Part shown: positions 54,101 through 63,741 of the stretch, in pieces | Numbering within the stretch: position 1 is the stretch's first letter | Layout of the letters: the number at the start of each line of letters is the position of its first letter | NCBI RefSeq assembly: GCF_964355755.1 | Contig: NC_092671.1 | Span: forward strand, 806,001-870,000 | Direction of reading: 5' to 3' | DNA length: 64,000 nucleotides | Origin: Antedon mediterranea | Lineage: Eukaryota; Animalia; Echinodermata | The notes under the pieces: model-generated | Databases searched by the model: none | What the model was told of the DNA's origin: nothing | The model's input: the letters and a program-made list of their open reading frames with translations, nothing else | Translations under genes and position numbers: made by a program

Positions 54101-57100
54101 TATAATACTGTATGCTTAAAGCATTGGTATATACAACTTGTACAGTACTCAATTATAATACTGTATGCTTAAAGCAGCATTGGTCTATACAACTTGTACA
54201 GTACTCAATTATAATACTGTATGTTTAAAGCATTGGTATATACAACTTGTACAGTACTCAATTATAATACTGTATGCTTAAAGCAGCATTGGTCTATACA
54301 ACTTGTACAGTACTCAATTATAATACTGTATGCTTAAAGCAGCATTGGTCTATACAACTTAGTACTCAATTATAATGTTTAAAGCATTACTATATGTAAC
54401 ATGCACATTCTACATGTTCAAAGCATGGTTTTACTGTGGAGATAGGTTGTACATTCCGTGAAATATCTTCTCATATACTGTATTGTTACTGTATTGTTTA
54501 TGTATTGTTTTTAATTCTGTTTGTGGCTTTTTATTCCTTCTGTAATGAGCATTGAGGTTTTCGCATAATACGCTATAAGCCTAAATTATTAACATTATTA
54601 TGTTGAGGGAGTGATATGGTACAATGGTAGGATCCAAACCTGGTATTTAGGAAGTAATGGGTTCAATTCTTTTCCCTATATTGTTTGTGTTTATCCTCTA
54701 TCGTAACTACTGCGTCCTTTGCATGGTATGTTAAGTCATTTGTCCCATGCACATTACAAACATGGAATAAATAGCACCCTCAATTGCAGCAATGGATCTC
54801 TCGCATCACGCTTGAATGATTCTATAATTCATGTGAAAACAATCATTTTAGTATTAAAATCCCAGAAGTATAAAGATCAACAAATTATCACAAAACTGAA
54901 AAAGAAAGAAAGAGCGATGTTCGTTGAAAAAGAAACATAATATCGGTATTCAAACAGGTCTTGATAAACTATTTATAAACAAAGTCCATTTAGCTCTGTC
55001 TACACTTATCAAACTAGTTTGTGTGAGTGTGATGTGCCTAACAGCCTAAATATGGTAGTGATATGCTTAAATGTGGTAGTGATATGACATCATCATGTCC
55101 ATATAATTTTTTTTGTCATATAAAGGTTGATAGCGCTTTACTAAAACTTGACACTTGGGCTATTACCCACAACACAGTTTGAAGTTCAGGAACATTAACA
55201 TTTATAACTAAAACGATACTATAGGTCTTGTGTCGATTAGTGTATCCCTATTATACCAACAACAGCAGACATCAGTTTTGACCTAACGAAACAAGTGCAT
55301 TACATTTTGCATAATAATAACACTTTTCAATGCCCACGCACTGATTTAATAATTATACTTTTAAAATCTATTATATAAACAGTTACCGTATATGTAATTG
55401 TTAACAGGCCCATTTTCAAATACAGGTACTTCAGATACAGTACACAATTCTAATCATTATGAAATCATTGTACAGTAAAGTGTACAGTACAGGAAAGTAT
55501 AATAATAACCACCCTAGGCCTACTTGGTAGTGATTGTGAATGTTAGATTAGATTGTTGGAAAACAAACAGGAAAGAGGCCCATGCAATTCTCTGATAATA
55601 TCTCTATAATTTATGTATACTACGTGCTAATGAACTGTAATATTACAATTACTGTTGTATATCCAAGAAAATGTGATTTAACTAATTTTAACTTATAGTT
55701 CTATTTCATCTGTGTGTTGTTGTTGATGTTGTTTTATACTAATAATAATAATGTAAACTTATTGGGCTTCAGTGTCCATCAGAGATCATGACAAAGAATT
55801 TTGCAAATTACATTGAACTGAATATTCCACCGCACCCAACTTAAAGCTTGCAAATTATAATGCAAAAGATAGGACATCAAATTAAGCTCAGGTCTTCATT
55901 TTTACCTTTTTTAGACCCTCCCTATTTTAAAATCCAGGATCAATTTAAACATGGCCGCCATTTCTTTGTTACTTTTTTTTACATAACAGGATCATCGCAG
56001 AAGACATAGCAGTAGTACACTGTATGCTCATACTCTCCATCAACCTAGAAATACGCGACTGACCAGGGGTGCAGCTTCAACTGGTCAAATTACAGCAGCC
56101 ATATTTTGATGAGAACATCCCTATAGTGATATGCGCTACTTGGATTATATAGAAATTATCACTCTGGTTTCTTTTCCAATAGGTAAAAAAAATCCAAATA
56201 TATTAGGGTATTTGATGATTCTATTCTAGCATGGGTAACAATAACAAACTATTTACAGAACCCACATTCAGTGCACTGTGACCTTTCGCATAGCTTCTAT
56301 CACAAGATATAATAGGACAAAGAGTAAATAATTGTGGAAGGTCATTGTATTTAAGAGGCCGGGGGTAAATATGATGAGGCCAAGGTACTGTAGTACTGAA
56401 CAACGTGAGTAATGCTGAGCTGTATACTGTAACCTTTTTTGTTAGTTGAGTTTATAACTGTGGTATATCATTACTGATTAATGAACCTAATGTTTCTTTC
56501 AAATAAAACAAAAACGTTTTCTTTATCATTTTTTAAATGTTGCTAAAGGTTGAAATAGGAAAAGGTATTTTTAACCATTGTTTTGAGCCAAATAACCAGG
56601 AATAGTTATTCTTTTCTGCTGGCAATAACATCAAGGTAATTCATTAATTATTTCCTTGCAACAGAAACAGGCTGTGAGTATTTACAAGTGTTTAAATTTT
56701 ATGAAAGCGAAAAGAAAAAGTTAAATAGAAAGTATCTAATTATTGAAGATGTTGAGGTGCAATTCAGCAAGTAGCAGTAATAAACAGAAAACTATGTGGA
56801 TATCAAACTATGAACACAGTATTAACATAAGCCATTTGTCATGTATCTAGTCCATTGTGTGGATATCAAACTACTGTATGAACACAGTAAATTAACATAA
56901 GCCATTTGTCATGTATCTAGTCCATTGTGTGGATATCAAACTATGAACACAGTATTAACATAAGCCATTTGCCATGTATCTAGTCCATTGTGTGGATATC
57001 AAACTATGAACACAGTATTAACATAAGCCATTTGCCATGTATCTAGTCCATTATGTGGATATCAAACTATGAACACAGTATTAACATAAGCCATTTGTCA

Positions 57101-60100
57101 TGTATCTAGTCCATTGTGTAGGATCAAACTATGAACACAGTATTAACATAAGCCATTTGTCATGTATCTAGTCCATTGTGTGGATATCAAACTATGAACA
57201 CAGTATTAACATAAGCCATTTGTCATGTATCTAGTCCATTGTGTGGATATCAAACTATGAACACAGTATTAACATAAGCCATTTGTCATACTTGCTTGCT
57301 TGATACTTGCTTGATGTTATGGGTCGGTTAGAAAGCTAAATATAGCTTATATGACCCTTCTTGTCTTCGTATGACTCCGGGCTCCGGGTACACATAATGT
57401 TCCAAAGTGATTATAAATATGAAAAGGTAAACTTGCAGTCAAGGGACTTCCAATGACCATTGAGGAGTGACTTGAACAGATTTAAATTTGGAGCATTTAC
57501 AACATTAGATGGCAAGTTATTCCATGAGTCCACAACTCTACAACTGAAGGAAAACTTCCTGGAATTAAGCCTAAACTTGTTTTTATATAGCTTGTATTCA
57601 TGACCTCTAGTTCCATGACAATCAACAAATGTAAAAAACTTTCTGCATTCAATAGCGTCAAGACCATTTATAATTCTGAAGATTTGGATCATATCCGCTC
57701 TTAATCGTCTGTACTCCAGTGTAGGTAAACCCAAAAACTTCAATCTATACGGATATGCCAAATGTTTTATTTCTGACAATGATTTGGTAGCTCTTCGTTG
57801 AACCGACTCGATTTTCTTAATCAGTCCAATTTGATGAGGTGCCCAGACACAACAGTTAAATTCCAAGATAGGGCGGACTAAAGATTTGTATAGACTAAGA
57901 AACATATCCTTATCATTGTAACAAAAAGTCCTTTTGATGAGACCCACTATTTTATTTGCCTTAGCAACACAGCAATTTATATGATAATCAAAGTTCAATT
58001 TATGATCAAAGTATACTCCGAGATCCTTTTCTATAGCAGTCTCTTCAATTTTAACTTTATCTTGTACATTTACAAAATACTCATTCTTCTCATTTGTTTT
58101 CCCTATATACAACATCTTGCACTTGTTGGCATTGAAAGGTAGTTGCCATCTGGTCGACCAATTAAACATATTATCAAGTGAGATCTGCAATTTTTCTTTG
58201 GATTCCCCATAATCATAAACTTTAGTATCATCAGCGAACATCTTAACTTCTGATACTGCAACTTCAGGCAAGTCATTGATAAAGAGTAAGAATAAAATCG
58301 GACCAAGCACACTTCCTTGCGGAACACCACTTATCACATCCGACCATTTCGACAGAGTCCCATTTAACATTACTCGTTGTCTTCTACCTTTTAAGAAGTC
58401 TTGAATCCAATTATAGACGTTACCGGAGATACCATAAGCTTCAACCTTCCTTAACAGTCTCATATGAGGTACAGAATCGAAGGCCTTTTGGAAGTCCAAA
58501 TATGCCACATCAATATCACGCCCTTCATCTAAAAGCTTAGACCAATGTTCTACTATCTCTAATAGTTGAGTTGTTGTGGATCTACCGGACCTAAAGCCAT
58601 GTTGATGTTCCGATAATAAGTTATTGTTGACAAAATGCTTAATTAAAGAATCTCTAATAATACTTTCCATAACTTTACAACAAACAGCAGTCAAGCTAAC
58701 AGGCCGATAATTATTTACTTCCACCCTGCTTCCTTTTTTAAAAATAGGTACAATATGAGCTTCTTTCCAATTCCGAGGAACAATACCTTCTTTCAATGAA
58801 TTAGAAAAAATTTTACTTAGCGGCTCAGAAATATAAGCTCTGCACTCTCTTAAAATCATAGGGTGAATACCATCAGGTCCTGGGCTCTTAGTCACATTTA
58901 ACTTCTTTAAATATTTTTCAACAATTTGGGGTGATATTTCAACTTCAGAACAAACTGTATCAAAAACTCTTCTTTGAAACTCTGGTACGTTATCAATATC
59001 TTCCCTTACAAAAACTGTAGAGAAAAAAGTATTAAGTATCTCAGTCTTGGACTGATCATCACTGTGTGCCACATTGTTCTCATCTTTCAGGGATGGTAGT
59101 CTCGCTTTAACCTTGGTTTTGGAGTTTACATATCGCCAGAATGATTTGGGTTTCTGTTTTATTTCTGAAGCAATCATTTTTTCAAAGTTCCAAATGGCCT
59201 TCCTTTTCATGGATGTTACTTTATTTCTAGCATCTTTAAATTTTGCTTTATTAGATCTGCTTGGACAATGGTTATACCTAAACCATGCTTTTCTTTTAAG
59301 CTTTATCATTTTCTTCATACCCTTGTTTATCCAAAGAGGCTCTTTGACCTTACTGTTGTCCCCCTTTTTTGCCTTGGGAATGTGCCGTCCACTAGTTTCT
59401 GCAATAATTTCACTAAACAAATTCCAACACTCTTCTGTTCCACCATTTTCAAATTTCCCCTCCCAATCAATCTTTTTTAGTTCTTCATTTATTTGAACAT
59501 AATCACCGTAATGATAATTTGGTTTTAACAAGATATTGTCTTGCGACTCAATGTAACAATCAAATTTAAATGTTAATACTGCGTGATCGCTTTTACCGAG
59601 TGGTGCACTGTAACAAATGTCATCGATCATGTCCTCTTCATTTGTAAAAACCAAGTCTAAAAGACTAGGATTCTGTCCATCTCTAAATCTAGTTGCTTGT
59701 GTTACATGTTGAAAGTAAAAATGATCCTGAACCCAGTTCATAAAATTTGTTCCATCATGACTATCAGAGTATCCTGATGCTTGATTAATCCAATCAATCA
59801 CAATCTGGACCATCTCCTCAATTAATTTTTCTATTTCAACTTTTCTAACTTCTTCTTTTTTATTAATAATATCAACTGCAGAAGCCAAGCTATCCAATTT
59901 GAGCATTATTGTTGATAGCGCTTTCCTAACACCAGACAATCCAGTTCCCAAAGATTCTTTGCTAGGGCTAGGCCTACCCAGGCCCATCTGTGCTTCCACA
60001 CATCCATCACACATCCAGATTAGATTTTTATTTCCCTTTTGTAAAACATTGTATTCTTTAGTGGACATCGACTTTGTACAGCTTAAATGGACCCAAACAT

Positions 60101-63100
60101 TACAGCTTTCACACATTAATGCTTTGTCCCCTTCATTTACCGCGTCTTCACACGTTCTACATTTTACCTTATTAGGCACACTTTCGTTACTGCTGGCATC
60201 GGCCGAAACACCTGCATCAGGCAGAAGAGAAGCCTCGTTGGACCTTTTTTTATTCATATTTAGATAGGCCTAGGCCTAGCAGTAGTCCAACTAAAGAAAA
60301 TGATATATATCTGGTTCAATGGTTCGCGAAGTATTTAGTTTAATGTTTAAGCAATTAAACAGAACTTCGATGCTAACTCTATTATAGATTGTATTGTAGA
60401 TTTTAGCGGATTTTCAGAATCAGTCTTCAGACGAATTCGAATACACGTCCGACCCGCGCGCCCTCTATAGTTACTCTATGTATCTAGTCCATTGTGTGGA
60501 TATCAAACTATGAACACAGTATTAACATAAGCCATTTGTCATGTATCTAGTCCATTGTGTGGATATCAAACTATGAACACAGTATTAACATAAGCCATTT
60601 GTCATGTATCTAGTCTATTGTGTGGATATCAAACTATGAACACAGTATTAACATAAGCCATTTGTCATGTATCTAGTCCATTGTGTGGATATCAAACTAT
60701 GAACACAGTATTAACATAAGCCATTTGTCATGTATCTAGTCTATTGTGTGGATATCAAACTATGAACACAGTATTAACATAAGCCATTTGTCATGTATCT
60801 AGTCCATTGTGTGGATATCAAACTATGAACACAGTATTAACATAAGCCATTTGTCATGTATCTAGTCCATTGTGTGGATATCAAACTATGAACACAGTAT
60901 TAACATAAGCCATTTGTCATGTATCTAGTCTATTGTGTGGATATCAAACTATGAACACAGTATTAACATAAGCCATTTGTCATGTATCTAGTCCATTGTG
61001 TGGATATCAAACTATGAACACAGTATTAACATAAGCCATTTGTCATGTATCTAGTCTATTGTGTGGATATCAAACTATGAACACAGTATTAACATAAGCC
61101 ATTTGTCATGTATCTAGTCTATTGTGTGGATATCAAACTATGAACACAGTATTAACATAAGCCATTTGCCATGTATCTAGTCCATTGTGTGGATATCAAA
61201 CTATGAACACAGTATTAACATAAGCCATTTGTCATGTATCTAGTCCATTGTGTGGATATCAAACTATGAACACAGTATTAACATAAGCCATTTGTCATGT
61301 ATCTAGTCCATTGTGTGGATATCAAACTATGAACACAGTATTAACATAAGCCATTTGCCATGTATCTAGTCCATTGTGTGGATATCAAACTATGAACACA
61401 GAATTAACATAAGCCATTTGTCATGTATCTAGTCTATTGTGTGGATATCAAACTATGAACACAGTATTAACATAAACCATTTGTCATGTATCTAGTCCAT
61501 TGTGTGGATATCAAACTATGAACACAGTATTAACATAAGCCATTTGTCATGTATCTAGTCTATTGTGTGGATATCAAACTATGAACACAGTATTAACATA
61601 AGCAATTTGTCATGTATCTAGTCTATTGTGTAGGATCAAACTATGAACACAGTATTAACATAAGCCATTTGTCATGTATCTAGTCCATTGTGTGGATATC
61701 AAACTATGAACACAGTATTAACATAAGCCATTTGTCATGTATCTAGTCCATTGTGTGGATATCAAACTATGAACACAGTATTAACATAAGCCATTTGTCA
61801 TGTATCTAGTCCATTGTGTGGATATCAAACTATGAACACAGTATTAACATAAGCCATTTGCCATGTATCTAGTCCATTGTGTGGATATCAAACTATGAAC
61901 ACAGTATTAACATAAGCCATTTGTCATGTATCTAGTCTATTGTGTAGGATCAAACTATGAACACAGTATTAACATAAGCCATTTGTCATGTATCTAGTCC
62001 ATTGTGTGGATATCAAACTATGAACACAGTATTAACATAAGCCATTTGCCATGTATCTAGTCCATTGTGTGGATATCAAACTATGAACACAGTATTAACA
62101 TAAGCCATTTGTCATGTATCTAGTCCATTGTGTGGATATCAAACTATGAACACAGTATTAACATAAGCCATTTGTCATGTATCTAGTCTATTGTGTATAG
62201 TCCAGCTGTACAATGATACAACTGATCACTTTAAGTGCAACCATCACATTCTACAGCATAATTTTTCTATGTATTTTTCTAAATTTGTTAAATGTCGGTT
62301 TTATTGTATCGTTCAAGTTGACAGGGGCTGGTCAAGCACATCACAAGATGACAGTTTTATACTTTTGCTTTTCCGCTACTCTCCTGTTATACTTATATGT
62401 TTGTTTTTTTGCTATGTAGAAAGATTGAAAATAAATAAATAAATAATAAATTATAATATACAAAATACGTCGAGTGATACTACTATACTACAGTTAGCTA
62501 GATTTAAATTTGTTAAAATTCAGCAGCTTTAAAACTGAGTCTCAGCACAGTAAATAATTAAAGTCAGCTTTGTAATTTTATGAGAAAGCAGTATAAAATG
62601 CTTTTCATTTTCAATAGGTTTGCGAATGGCCTTGATGGCATCTACTGCATCCTAATGGAGCTATGATCTGCCGTTGAAACACATTTTATAATGCTTAATG
62701 ACCGTAGATTACATTCATACATAATATGACTGCAGCTCCATCCAAGTAAGCCAGTCACTAAGCAAGTTCATTGGATTAACACAGCAGCGGCCAATGCATT
62801 CACTATGAAATCTTACAAATGCATATACTACTATTGGGTCAGCTAACCTTCAACTGGTTTTAACTAAGTCAAATGAAACACATTTCAACACCATTTGAAA
62901 AAGATCAATTTCAAACCACAAAAACATGTTGTTTACTTTGAATAAATTATTATATTGTACAATATCAACAAACACAAAGAAGTCAACCAAAACAAACACA
63001 TATGAGATTTGGATGCATAAATCACAGAACATCCACAAAAAAGTACACTTGAAAGTATCTGTACATAATAAATACATTAAAAAATTAGCTACAGTGTATT

Positions 63101-63741
63101 TTTAGTACTGTAATTCTTGTAGGTGTGGGCACCTCCTGTATCTTCAGCTAAAATAGTGTTTGTGGATGTCCTAGTAAAACTCAGTCATTCCTATACAAGT
63201 TTTTTAAATGGCTGTGGCTATATTTAGAGGCACCAGGGTACACACTACTCCCTTCTGACTTTTGTATGATCGTGTTCCTCAGTCCTTAAAATATCATATT
63301 AAGTAATTTTGTTAATGATAATTTGCAGCCATCAGAAAGTTATATTTAACAAAATTGCAATGGCTGGAAAATTGAGAGCCACTATTGGAAGCAGCTTTCT
63401 GTCTTTCGATTTTGGACTAGCATTTGACCTTTTTCAAAATGGGAGCTCAACTCTGTATACTTCCAATGTGTATATTTTCACAAATGTACTCCCGCAACAA
63501 CTCATTTTGCCAAAATTGATACAATTTCAATAAACAGTTATTTTTGCCATAGTATAGAAAATGTATAAATATAGCATGTAAACTTAAATCACCTACCTAT
63601 CATCTTGTATTATCTCTTTTTTATCTCGATACCAGGTGATGATCGGGCGTGGAACAGCGGCCTCTGTCGGGCAAGTCAGTCGAACAGCTTGTCCCGCTTT
63701 ATAATTCAGGTTGATTCGAGCCTTGGATAACTTTGGCATTT
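26731..63741 (-). CDS. PRTG: Gene B: protogenin-like Ig-FN3 type I receptor (signal peptide and Ig1 lie off the right edge)
   Basis: 16 in-frame exons: 63597-63741, 44726-44991, 42793-42945, 38728-38991, 37731-37865, 36692-36856, 35773-36066, 33475-33672, 31156-31263, 30536-30713, 29783-29907, 28980-29150, 28292-28429, 27756-27852, 27376-27544, 26731-27174. Ig2-4 plus five FN3, TM and tail fits protogenin/IGDCC4 architecture (DCC and neogenin have six FN3). Orthology is not verified. Confidence 0.85.
27187..27262. repeat. 30-bp tandem repeat, about 2.5 copies, at a splice acceptor
   Basis: attatattcaacattgagaattgaataaag. Confidence 0.8.
27376..27544 (-). CDS. Gene B exon, juxtamembrane cytoplasmic region
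   Basis: RNGNRQSVQNKPD...YQNKQR; phase 2 to 0 fits both neighbours. Confidence 0.78.
27756..27852 (-). CDS. Gene B exon, transmembrane helix
   Basis: Hand translation GILLGVGISVFCIVACIISFILIKR: hydrophobic helix followed by a basic stop-transfer. Confidence 0.88.
28292..28429 (-). CDS. Gene B exon, FN3-5 C-part
   Basis: VNNLLSNTEYFFRMKAKNQIGMSP. Confidence 0.9.
28530..28968. repeat. (GAT)n degenerate microsatellite
   Basis: Visible triplet run filling the FN3-5 intron. Confidence 0.95.
28980..29150 (-). CDS. Gene B exon, FN3-5 N-part
   Basis: PQTPPADL...SVEISWEPPQKPNGIITEYIILY. Confidence 0.92.
29783..29907 (-). CDS. Gene B exon, FN3-4 C-part
   Basis: ITGLQPYTNYMISVQTVGACGESEYS; phase 2 to 1. 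Confidence 0.86.
29979..30139. mobile_element. MITE; related fragments near 10615-10750 and 13995-14063
   Basis: Ends tggttcccactaga / tctagtggcaacca. Confidence 0.5.
30536..30713 (-). CDS. Gene B exon, FN3-4 N-part
   Basis: LPWPRDIVVSTINYDSFEIQWKAP...KYRFRYR; phase 1 to 2. Confidence 0.82.
31156..31263 (-). CDS. Gene B exon, FN3-3 C-part
   Basis: KPKTKYLIFISVISGNVPGSP...; phase 1-1. Confidence 0.82.
32130..33436. repeat. Minisatellite, 16-bp unit (ggggacaccctattca)
   Basis: About 75 degenerate copies with one interruption near 32235-32290. Confidence 0.95.
33475..33672 (-). CDS. Gene B exon, FN3-3 N-part
   Basis: TAPPLSLKNPNFYNLTNTSVALKWE...IKGFELRV...FVLNKL. Confidence 0.85.
33960..34295. 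repeat. AT-rich 20-bp repeat (attgataattgataacaatg)
   Basis: Degenerate tandem copies. Confidence 0.85.
35773..36066 (-). CDS. Gene B exon, FN3-2
   Basis: VPSRYP...VSW...NGIVTNYKIVY...LQPDTEYQIRMAAATKIGFG. Confidence 0.92.
36692..36856 (-). CDS. Gene B exon, FN3-1 C-half
   Basis: ...IDNLKPYTNYSIYMVAFTEEYAS... Confidence 0.87.
37014..37685. repeat. Minisatellite, 20/21-bp unit (aagcatgggaagtccacata)
   Basis: About 33 copies. Confidence 0.95.
37731..37865 (-). CDS. Gene B exon, FN3-1 N-half
   Basis: DPKNRPQSPYQINTVSTSSTHIMVMW... Confidence 0.85.
37898..38461. repeat. Minisatellite, 40-bp unit x14
   Basis: aatctaccatacagacctggccctccttatcacccaaaac. Confidence 0.97.
38546..38685. mobile_element. 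PIF/Harbinger-like MITE, same family as 26195
   Basis: TIR agctctgtctacactatca / tgatagtatagacagagct; TTA TSD. Confidence 0.8.
38728..38991 (-). CDS. Gene B exon, Ig4
   Basis: LPLIKTAP...RFYCVVQG...ITWIKDG...NAGIYQCLASNDAG; 264 nt, phase 1-1. Confidence 0.9.
39031..39177. mobile_element. PIF/Harbinger-like MITE, same family, opposite orientation to 38546
   Basis: gtgtgatgtgcccaaatatggtagtgatat...catatatgggcacatcac; left TIR eroded. Confidence 0.72.
39333..40864. repeat. Minisatellite, 48-bp unit, about 32 copies
   Basis: aatggtatggagcactgtaacaagaccatctagttatctcctactctt. Confidence 0.97.
41031..41656. mobile_element. Non-autonomous Kolobok-like DNA transposon, copy 2
   Basis: Perfect 15-bp TIR agacaccttccctac / gtagggaaggtgtct; TTAA TSD. 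Confidence 0.85.
42793..42945 (-). CDS. Gene B exon, Ig3 C-half
   Basis: DGHKI...GRRNLILQNV..EDSGNYVCSA. Confidence 0.9.
42975..43302. repeat. AT-rich 21/42-bp tandem repeat
   Basis: taaataaaatattgtattgggtaaatataatactgtagaggg. Confidence 0.9.
44726..44991 (-). CDS. Gene B exon, Ig2 C-half and Ig3 N-half
   Basis: VVVLSSGVLH...DAGRYRCKAANIAG...VELEC; homologous to gene A exon 4. Confidence 0.9.
45972..46134. mobile_element. Possible hAT-like MITE
   Basis: Ends tggtggcgtaacg / cgttacaccacta; no clean TSD. Confidence 0.4.
50119..54388. repeat. Satellite, 53/56-bp unit, about 4.3 kb
   Basis: gcattggt(c/a)tatacaacttgtacagtactcaattataatactgtatg(t/c)ttaaa[gca]. Confidence 0.98.
54608..54725 (+). 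mobile_element. Degenerate tRNA-derived SINE fragment
   Basis: A box tggtacaatgg, B box ggttcaattc, then ctactgcgtcctt; resembles 2959-3050. Confidence 0.45.
54991..55137. mobile_element. PIF/Harbinger-like MITE, same family as 26195
   Basis: agctctgtctacacttatcaaactagtttg...gtgatgtgcc...tggtagtgatatg. Confidence 0.65.
56793..57289. repeat. 63-bp satellite, left part
   Basis: atgtatctagtccattgtgtggatatcaaactatgaacacagtattaacataagccatttgtc. Confidence 0.96.
57290..60477 (-). mobile_element. CR1-clade non-LTR retrotransposon with a 5' UTR and an internally deleted endonuclease
   Basis: Single ORF, 3' UTR stem-loop (gggtc..agcta/tagct..gaccc), (CAAG/CAAGTAT)n tail; interrupts the 63-bp satellite in register. 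Confidence 0.92.
57411..60257 (-). CDS. CR1 polyprotein: PHD finger, coiled coil, C-terminal part of APE endonuclease and reverse transcriptase (948 aa)
   Basis: C4HC3 PHD (CRTC..CESC..H..C..CDGC); LLDLVFTN and LGKSDH; RT motifs NYRPVSLT, QHGFR, LDFQKAFDSVPH, GVPQGSVLGP, FADD. Confidence 0.9.
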   Translation of the reverse strand: MNKKRSNEASLLPDAGVSADASSNESVPNKVKCRTCEDAVNEGDKALMCESCNVWVHLSCTKSMSTKEYNVLQKGNKNLIWMCDGCVEAQMGLGRPSPSKESLGTGLSGVRKALSTIMLKLDSLASAVDIINKKEEVRKVEIEKLIEEMVQIVIDWINQASGYSDSHDGTNFMNWVQDHFYFQHVTQATRFRDGQNPSLLDLVFTNEEDMIDDICYSAPLGKSDHAVLTFKFDCYIESQDNILLKPNYHYGDYVQINEELKKIDWEGKFENGGTEECWNLFSEIIAETSGRHIPKAKKGDNSKVKEPLWINKGMKKMIKLKRKAWFRYNHCPSRSNKAKFKDARNKVTSMKRKAIWNFEKMIASEIKQKPKSFWRYVNSKTKVKARLPSLKDENNVAHSDDQSKTEILNTFFSTVFVREDIDNVPEFQRRVFDTVCSEVEISPQIVEKYLKKLNVTKSPGPDGIHPMILRECRAYISEPLSKIFSNSLKEGIVPRNWKEAHIVPIFKKGSRVEVNNYRPVSLTAVCCKVMESIIRDSLIKHFVNNNLLSEHQHGFRSGRSTTTQLLEIVEHWSKLLDEGRDIDVAYLDFQKAFDSVPHMRLLRKVEAYGISGNVYNWIQDFLKGRRQRVMLNGTLSKWSDVISGVPQGSVLGPILFLLFINDLPEVAVSEVKMFADDTKVYDYGESKEKLQISLDNMFNWSTRWQLPFNANKCKMLYIGKTNEKNEYFVNVQDKVKIEETAIEKDLGVYFDHKLNFDYHINCCVAKANKIVGLIKRTFCYNDKDMFLSLYKSLVRPILEFNCCVWAPHQIGLIKKIESVQRRATKSLSEIKHLAYPYRLKFLGLPTLEYRRLRADMIQIFRIINGLDAIECRKFFTFVDCHGTRGHEYKLYKNKFRLNSRKFSFSCRVVDSWNNLPSNVVNAPNLNLFKSLLNGHWKSLDCKFTFSYL
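60478..62197. repeat. 63-bp satellite, right part, about 27 copies
   Basis: Same unit as 56793-57289. Confidence 0.97.
63597..63741 (-). CDS. Gene B exon, Ig2 N-half
   Basis: Hand translation MPKLSKARINLNYKAGQAVRLTCPTEAAVPRPIITWYRDKKEIIQDD; phase-2 donor AG|GTAGG joins 44991 to give Arg. Confidence 0.82.

Noticed and set aside
62320-62450. Stem-loop plus (AATA)n patches resembling L2/Crack 3' ends (also near 1770, 12360, 36120, 48125, 54540)
   Set aside because: Too short and degenerate to assign without a repeat library.
26731-63741. Calling gene B DCC/neogenin/frazzled
   Set aside because: Only five FN3 domains before the TM and no recognisable P1-P3 cytoplasmic motifs.
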